DNA of 64,000 nucleotides from NCBI RefSeq assembly GCF_054482525.1, contig NZ_CM137006.1; one strand, 5' to 3'. Shown piece by piece: positions 58,408 to 64,000 of this stretch (position 1 is its first letter; each line of letters starts with the position of its first letter). The notes under the pieces were generated by a model. It saw only the letters and a program-made list of their open reading frames with translations, ran no database searches and was not told where the DNA came from. The position numbers and the translations under genes were made by a program.

Positions 58408-59232
58408 ATGGATAAACCAAAGGCGCATTGCCGCCTGCTTCTCCCCTGCTTTCTTTTCCTTTCGGCCTGTACCGTAGATATCAGCCAGCCAGACTCATCA
58501 GCCATAGCGGTAGATGCCGGGGCGAAAACATGGGCAGTCAAATTCCAGCATCAAAGCTCTTTCACCGAACAATCAATAAAAGAAATAACGGAACCTGATC
58601 TCAAACCCGGCGATTTGCTGTTCTCCTCAAGCCTTGGGGTAACCTCATTTGGAATCCGCGTCTTCAGCACTTCCTCTGTGAGTCACGTTGCAATCTATCT
58701 GGGTGATAATAACGTTGCAGAAGCGACAGGTGCTGGCGTCCAGATTGTTTCCCTTAAAAAAGCCATGAAGCATAGTGATAAGCTTTTCGTCTTACGAGTA
58801 TCGGATCTTACCCCGCAACAAGCCACAGAAATCACCGCGTTCGCCAACAAAATTAAAGATAGCGGTTACAACTATCGCGGCATTGTCGAATTTATTCCCT
58901 TTATGGTGACTCGCCAGATGTGCTCACTGAATCCGTTCTCCGAGGATTTTCGCCAACAGTGCGTCAGCGGCCTGGCGAAAGCGCAGTTAAGCGGTGTGGG
59001 CGAAGGAGACAAAAAATCGTGGTTTTGTTCGGAATTTGTCACTGATGCATTTGCCAAAGCCGGGCATCCGCTTACGCTGGCGCAATCAGGCTGGATTAGC
59101 CCTGCCGATCTGATGCATATGCGTACTGGCGATATCTCTGCGTTTAAACCAGAAACGCAGTTACAGTATGTTGGGCACCTGAAGCCAGGGATTTATATCA
59201 AGGCGGGTCGCTTTGTTGGACTGACTCAGTGA
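58408..59232 (+). CDS. yaeF: Probable lipoprotein peptidase YaeF (NlpC/P60-like), 274 aa
   Basis: Lipobox LSAC. Position between proS and nlpE. Confidence 0.8.
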   Translation: MDKPKAHCRLLLPCFLFLSACTVDISQPDSSAIAVDAGAKTWAVKFQHQSSFTEQSIKEITEPDLKPGDLLFSSSLGVTSFGIRVFSTSSVSHVAIYLGDNNVAEATGAGVQIVSLKKAMKHSDKLFVLRVSDLTPQQATEITAFANKIKDSGYNYRGIVEFIPFMVTRQMCSLNPFSEDFRQQCVSGLAKAQLSGVGEGDKKSWFCSEFVTDAFAKAGHPLTLAQSGWISPADLMHMRTGDISAFKPETQLQYVGHLKPGIYIKAGRFVGLTQ

Positions 59233-59261
59233 TGAAAGCCGGAGAATGCTCCGGCTTTCAA

Positions 59262-59972
59262 TTACTGCCCCAAACTACTGCAATCCTGGTTCGGGTAAAA
59301 TTTACCTGCCGTATCGGGCGCTAATACTTTGGTTGGCGCACCGGTATCCGGATTAGCCTCAAGCGTAAAGTGACCTTCTACTGACAGTAACATCGGTTTT
59401 TCACTGTTACCGCGCGCAGCCAGGTAGCTACGCTCCAGCTCTGCATTATTCGCTACCATAAAACGTTTTCCGGTCGCGCAATCAGTGAAGGTCGCCGCAT
59501 CAGCCATATAAAAATACATGCCCCGCAGGGTCATCGGCGTCATGGGTAAACTGGATTGTGCCGGTTCCAGCGTATAGTTGAACTGCGATTCAATCGGATT
59601 ACCTTCACGATCGAGCATCTCCAGCGCATCTCCTTTCGCCCGATAATATGACTTTTCACCTTTGCTGTCGGTTAATACCAGCTTGTCAGCGGTTCGCGCC
59701 CATGTACCGTAGGAAGCGAAAGAGGAAGGCTCTTCACGCGCACCAAGATAGCGCTCATTCATCACCCAGGTTCCGTCTTTTTCGAGGAACAGAGAGGTTT
59801 CGATTCCTTCGCAATCAGCACACGGCAGCACGCCGCGCCAACTTTGCGGCATCGGTTTCAGTTCGGCAGCCTGTGCCGGAGAAAGCGTATCGACTTCGGC
59901 CCGATTATTACATCCCATCAGAGTAAAGAGGCTGATTACAGCCATCGCTGTCACTATCGCTTTTTTCACCAT
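59262..59972 (-). CDS. nlpE: Lipoprotein NlpE (CutF), 236 aa
   Basis: Lipobox LMGC and CxxC motif (LPCADCEG). Confidence 0.85.
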   Translation of the reverse strand: MVKKAIVTAMAVISLFTLMGCNNRAEVDTLSPAQAAELKPMPQSWRGVLPCADCEGIETSLFLEKDGTWVMNERYLGAREEPSSFASYGTWARTADKLVLTDSKGEKSYYRAKGDALEMLDREGNPIESQFNYTLEPAQSSLPMTPMTLRGMYFYMADAATFTDCATGKRFMVANNAELERSYLAARGNSEKPMLLSVEGHFTLEANPDTGAPTKVLAPDTAGKFYPNQDCSSLGQ

Positions 59973-59985
59973 CCATTCCTTCTTT

Positions 59986-60408
59986 TTATTCCCGACCGCT
60001 GCGCACTTTGCCGCGCATCGCCTTCACGCTTGATTTTTGTGCTTTCGATGCCAGCCTGCGCTCTTTTGATGCGCGGGTGGGCCGCGTGGGTCGTCGGGCT
60101 TTTTGTTCTGTTGTTAAATCTTTAATCACTGCCACCAGCCGGGCCAGAGCCGCTTCGCGGTTCAGTTCCTGACTGCGGTATTCCTGTGCCTTAATGACAA
60201 TCACCCCATCACTGCTGATCAAGTGATGGCTGGCGGCGAGCAGACGTTCTTTGTAATACTCTGGCAGGCTGGACGCCCGAATGTCAAAACGCAGATGAAT
60301 AGCCGTTGAGGTCTTATTAACATGCTGCCCGCCCGCGCCCTGCGCACGAATGGCGGTGATCTCAAGCTCACCATCGGGGATAGCAACATGTCGGGAAATC
60401 ACAATCAT
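59986..60408 (-). CDS. arfB: Peptidyl-tRNA hydrolase ArfB (YaeJ), 140 aa
   Basis: GGQ motif ([12 protein letters not shown]) and basic C-terminal tail. Start taken at MIVISRHV. Confidence 0.85.
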   Translation of the reverse strand: MIVISRHVAIPDGELEITAIRAQGAGGQHVNKTSTAIHLRFDIRASSLPEYYKERLLAASHHLISSDGVIVIKAQEYRSQELNREAALARLVAVIKDLTTEQKARRPTRPTRASKERRLASKAQKSSVKAMRGKVRSGRE

Positions 60409-60950
60409 GAAGGTTGTTGCCAAGCGGTTAAGTTCACTTCCAGATTATTCTTATCATCCGATAACCAGATCACGCCATCCTGAATCGTTGCCTGCAGCGT
60501 CATGGTACGATCGGCAAAGGCGCTTACTTTCGCCAGTTGTTCATCGTCCAGATACCAGATGGAAAGATTGGAAAACTGCGCGCATTTGCTCTGATTTTGC
60601 TGCCACCAGATTTGCGCCGCCCGACTATTATAGGCAAACAGCGCCACTTCTGCGGCCTGGGTGCAGGCTTTCTTAATCCGTCGCTCATCCGGCAGCCCCA
60701 GCTCGATCCACAAATCAATGCCCAAATGATCGTTACGCAGCCACGCTTCCGGCTCATCATCGGCACACAAACCACGGGTAAATTGCAGACGTTCATCAGC
60801 ATATTTCAGCCACGCCAGCAGGCGCAGCATCATGCGCTCCTGGGTTTCTGAAGGGTGGCGCGCCAGCGTCAGAGAGGCATCGAGAAACTGGTTGCGGTCG
60901 ACATCGGCCACATTAACCGTCGCTTTATAAATTGTCGCTTTAAGCGCCAT
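60405..60950 (-). CDS. yaeQ: YaeQ-family protein, 181 aa
   Basis: Translation [22 protein letters not shown]... and position. Confidence 0.85.
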   Translation of the reverse strand: MALKATIYKATVNVADVDRNQFLDASLTLARHPSETQERMMLRLLAWLKYADERLQFTRGLCADDEPEAWLRNDHLGIDLWIELGLPDERRIKKACTQAAEVALFAYNSRAAQIWWQQNQSKCAQFSNLSIWYLDDEQLAKVSAFADRTMTLQATIQDGVIWLSDDKNNLEVNLTAWQQPS

Positions 60951-61115
60951 AAGAAAACTCCTTTCGAATCAGGAGGCCATTGTAACGGAATACGTGCAGT
61001 TGCGGCGCTGATATTGCAGAAATGAGTGTGGTATAGTCACCTTGCGAAACAGAGTTTATCTTCGTAGGCTTAGACTTGCATCCACGGTTAAGTCAGAGTG
61101 CTGACAGGAGGGCAT

Positions 61116-61316
61116 GTGGAAAAATATTGTGAGTTAATACGCAAGCGGTACGCGGAAATCGCCAGCGGAGACTTAGGATACGTTCCGGACGCGCTGGGCT
61201 GCGTTTTGAAAGTGCTGAATGAAATGGCTGCCGACGACGCCCTTTCTGAGGCTGTCAGGGAAAAAGCAGCATACGCTGCGGCAAACTTACTGGTGAGCGA
61301 TTATGTCAATGAATGA
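61116..61316 (+). CDS. yaeP: Small protein YaeP, 66 aa
   Basis: GTG start at 61116 preceded by GGAGG; ...[27 protein letters not shown]... Confidence 0.7.
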
Positions 61317-61563
61317 TACGTATCAACCAATCAATTGTGATGATTACGATAATCTTGAGCTCGCCTGCCAGCATCATTTAATGCTGACACTTGAGCTGAA
61401 AGATGGCGAAAAATTGCAGGCGAAGGCCAGCGATTTAGTCTCCCGCAAAAATGTGGAGTATCTGGTCGTCGAGGCCGCTGGTGCAACCCGCGAGCTGCGT
61501 CTGGATAAAATTACCAGCTTTAGCCACCCGGAAATCGGTACGGTGGTGGTGAGCGAGTCCTGA
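61309..61563 (+). CDS. rof: Rho-binding antiterminator Rof, 84 aa
   Basis: [36 protein letters not shown]... matches Rof. Confidence 0.85.
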
Positions 61564-61611
61564 TTGACTTTCGCCGGATGCGACGTTTGAAGCGTCTTAT
61601 CCGGCTTTCAC

Positions 61612-62910
61612 TTAACTAAGCGTTCTATTCCAGATAAAACTTACGCCATTCTCACCTTCAGCCACACCTTCTTGCGTCATAAATACCCCTGCCGCCGCAA
61701 TCAACGTTTCGCCATAAAACAGCAGTGGCGTGGTGTCACGTAGCCACGGCGGCACGCCCAGCTCCTGCCAGATTTTCTTCAGCTTACGTCCGCCGTTGCG
61801 CCCGATAATATGCAGCAATCCTGGCGCTTTGAAACGCACGCTGACCGCTTCGTCTGCACGAGGAGGGCGAATATCGCCTCCCGCAGTAAGCTGTACACTT
61901 CCCAGCCCCGCCGGTAATTCCAGCGGTTGTAGCCACGTCTGCCACGGCACAATGGTTTCGCTTTGCCCGGCAACGGATTTAATCCACCACAGTTGCGACT
62001 GATAGCGGCGGATTTCAAACGCGCCCAGGCGTAAACAGGGGGAAGCATCTTCCCGCGCCAGCGCCACTTCCTGCCAGATCCTCACCAACGCGTCGCGGGA
62101 AGGCATCGGTGCATTCTTCCCTGCCAGCCAGCGGCGGATAATCGCCGCGCGGCGGGCATCACTCATCGCCAGCATTGGCGCAATCTGCAGCGTCCCCTGC
62201 GACGTTTGACAGTGCGCTATATCATCCGCCAGCAGTTCATCTAACAGGCTCTCTTGTTCAGCGCAAAGCGCAGCGCTGCGGGCCGTTGCTTCGGCAAAAT
62301 GCGGCCAACGCTGCTGCAATAACGGCACCACGCGCAGGCGCAGGAAGTTACGATCGTAGCTATCATCCTGATTACTTTCGTCTTCAATCCAGCGTAAACC
62401 ATGCGCCAACGCCCACTGCTCCAGTTCCCCCCGCGTGCGGGCAAGCAACGGGCGGATAAGCCGTGTTCCGGCAAACTCCGAAACTTCCGCCATAGCCGAA
62501 AGCCCGGCAGGGCCGCTACCGCGTTTTAGCGCCAGCAGAAAGGTTTCACATTGATCGTCGAGATGTTGCGCTGTAACCAGCACTTCACCGGGCAACAAGG
62601 TGCGGGCAAATGCCTGATAACGTGCCTGCCGCGCCTGGGCCTCAATACCTAGCCCCTCTTGCGCAAGTTGCACGCGCTCGACCACCAGCGGCACCTGCCA
62701 TTGTTGGCAGATGTTCTCGCAATGCCTAACCCAGGCGTCGGCATTGGCACTTAAACCGTGATGCACATGGATAGCGCGCAGAGTGACGCCCGGATTTTCC
62801 GCCCGCCACTGCACCAACTGATGCAGCAGAACGGTAGAGTCAAGCCCGCCGCTAAAGGCCACCAGAATCTGGCGTGAGGTGAGAAGTTGTCTATTGAGCG
62901 TGAGTGTCAT
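61612..62910 (-). CDS. tilS: tRNA(Ile)-lysidine synthetase, 432 aa
   Basis: PP-loop motif SGGLDS; matches TilS. Confidence 0.9.
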   Translation of the reverse strand: MTLTLNRQLLTSRQILVAFSGGLDSTVLLHQLVQWRAENPGVTLRAIHVHHGLSANADAWVRHCENICQQWQVPLVVERVQLAQEGLGIEAQARQARYQAFARTLLPGEVLVTAQHLDDQCETFLLALKRGSGPAGLSAMAEVSEFAGTRLIRPLLARTRGELEQWALAHGLRWIEDESNQDDSYDRNFLRLRVVPLLQQRWPHFAEATARSAALCAEQESLLDELLADDIAHCQTSQGTLQIAPMLAMSDARRAAIIRRWLAGKNAPMPSRDALVRIWQEVALAREDASPCLRLGAFEIRRYQSQLWWIKSVAGQSETIVPWQTWLQPLELPAGLGSVQLTAGGDIRPPRADEAVSVRFKAPGLLHIIGRNGGRKLKKIWQELGVPPWLRDTTPLLFYGETLIAAAGVFMTQEGVAEGENGVSFIWNRTLS

Positions 62911-62974
62911 GATGGTGCGATTTTACAGTAGCAATGCCCGGCACGTTACCGGGCAAATGCGGCGATGACAAGCC

Positions 62975-63364
62975 TTACTGCTCATACAGTTCCAACGGCA
63001 GCCCGTCCGGATCGTTAAAGAACGTGAAGCGTTTTTGCGTGTATGGATCGACACGGATGGCTTCACACTTCACGTTATGGCTTTCAAGGTGCGCCACTGC
63101 CGCATCGATATCATCAACGCTAAAAGCCAGATGACGCAGGCCGCAAGCTTCCGGTCGGCTGGGGCGCTCCGGCGGGAACGGAAATGAGAAAAGCTCAATC
63201 ACATATTGCCCATTAAGCGCCAAATCCCCTTTCCACGAGTCGCGCGCTTCGCGATAGACTTCGCTTTGCAGCGTGAAACCAAGAATATCGCAGTAGAAAG
63301 CTTTGCTCACCGCATAATCCGTCGCAATAATCGCAATATGGTGAACCTGTTTTAAACCCAGCAT
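62975..63364 (-). CDS. yaeR: Glyoxalase/VOC-family protein YaeR, 129 aa
   Basis: Start taken at MLGLKQVHHIAII. Position between tilS and ldcC. Confidence 0.8.
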   Translation of the reverse strand: MLGLKQVHHIAIIATDYAVSKAFYCDILGFTLQSEVYREARDSWKGDLALNGQYVIELFSFPFPPERPSRPEACGLRHLAFSVDDIDAAVAHLESHNVKCEAIRVDPYTQKRFTFFNDPDGLPLELYEQ

Positions 63365-63420
63365 AACGTCTCCTTTATTTGTTAACAGCACGTTACTCGC
63401 CCGGAAGCCGCTCTGGCAAG

Positions 63421-64000
63421 TTATCCCGCCATTTTTAGGACTCGTACGCGGTAAACGCCGTCTTCGTCCTGTTTCGCGCCGTGAATATCCGTTTCAAAAC
63501 CGGGGTAATGTTGCCCTACGGAACAAAGCATCAGCAGAAAATCGAGTACTGTGCGGCTCTCTTTGGTCAGCATTTCTCCTGGCATCAGCAGCGGTACGCG
63601 CGGTGGATAAGGCAGGATCATATTTGCCGACACCCTACCAACCAGTTGTTCTAGCGCAATGGTTTCTACTTCGCCTTTAATCTGCCTCTGCCATGCCTGA
63701 TGTGGCGTCATGATCATCTCCGGCAAGGTATCGAATGCCCGCAACATCAAACCGGGAAGATCGTGTTTACGAATCAGCTTATGGATCCCTTGCGCCAGAT
63801 CCTGAATACGCATATTGCGGTAGAAATCGGGATCTTCTGCATAGAGATCGGGTAGCATATTTTTGATCCGCAGGTTGAGATCGTAAGAGCGTTTGAATTC
63901 CGTCAACCCACGCAATAATCCCATTACCTTGGTTTTATCGATGCCAATACTAAAAAGAAACAGCAGGTTATACGGGCCGGTTTTCTCTACTACGATCCCA
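63421..64000 (-). CDS. ldcC: Lysine decarboxylase LdcC, C-terminal part; gene continues beyond the window end
   Basis: C-terminal translation ...DEDGVYRVRVLKMAG matches the LdcC/CadA family; position as in K-12. Confidence 0.85.
   Translation of the reverse strand, partial: GIVVEKTGPYNLLFLFSIGIDKTKVMGLLRGLTEFKRSYDLNLRIKNMLPDLYAEDPDFYRNMRIQDLAQGIHKLIRKHDLPGLMLRAFDTLPEMIMTPHQAWQRQIKGEVETIALEQLVGRVSANMILPYPPRVPLLMPGEMLTKESRTVLDFLLMLCSVGQHYPGFETDIHGAKQDEDGVYRVRVLKMAG

Overview
Escherichia coli-type chromosomal window: about 37 kb of accessory island followed by about 27 kb of conserved core. The island holds a complete type VI secretion system (T6SS) cluster on the plus strand (tssB, tssC, tssE, tssF, tssG, FHA gene, tssJ, tssK, tssL, clpV, vasI-like, tssA, tssM, vasL-like). 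Its order matches the Vibrio cholerae vas cluster as I recall it, but no vasH-type sigma-54 activator is present. An IS186 copy with a 10-bp target duplication splits the FHA-domain gene. Upstream and divergent (minus strand) is an hcp-vgrG-rhs toxin/immunity array: a PAAR-Rhs gene whose HExxH toxin tip is cut off by a single in-frame TGA, a second rhs copy broken by a frameshift in a C7 tract plus a TAG, a short rhs remnant and an ISAs1/H-repeat transposase running off the window start. At the other end a second hcp precedes an AT-rich effector-like and immunity-like gene pair next to yafT, which I consider the most likely undescribed system here. The core part carries yafT, tRNA-Asp (aspV), dnaQ, rnhA, yafS, gloB, mltD, yafE, yafD, yafC, dkgB, the rrnH operon on the minus strand (16S, tRNA-Ile, tRNA-Ala, 23S, 5S, tRNA-Asp aspU), gmhB, metNIQ, rcsF, tsaA, proS, yaeF, nlpE, arfB, yaeQ, yaeP, rof, tilS, yaeR and the 3' end of ldcC. 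All family assignments rest on reading the translations and on recalled knowledge; no database search was run.
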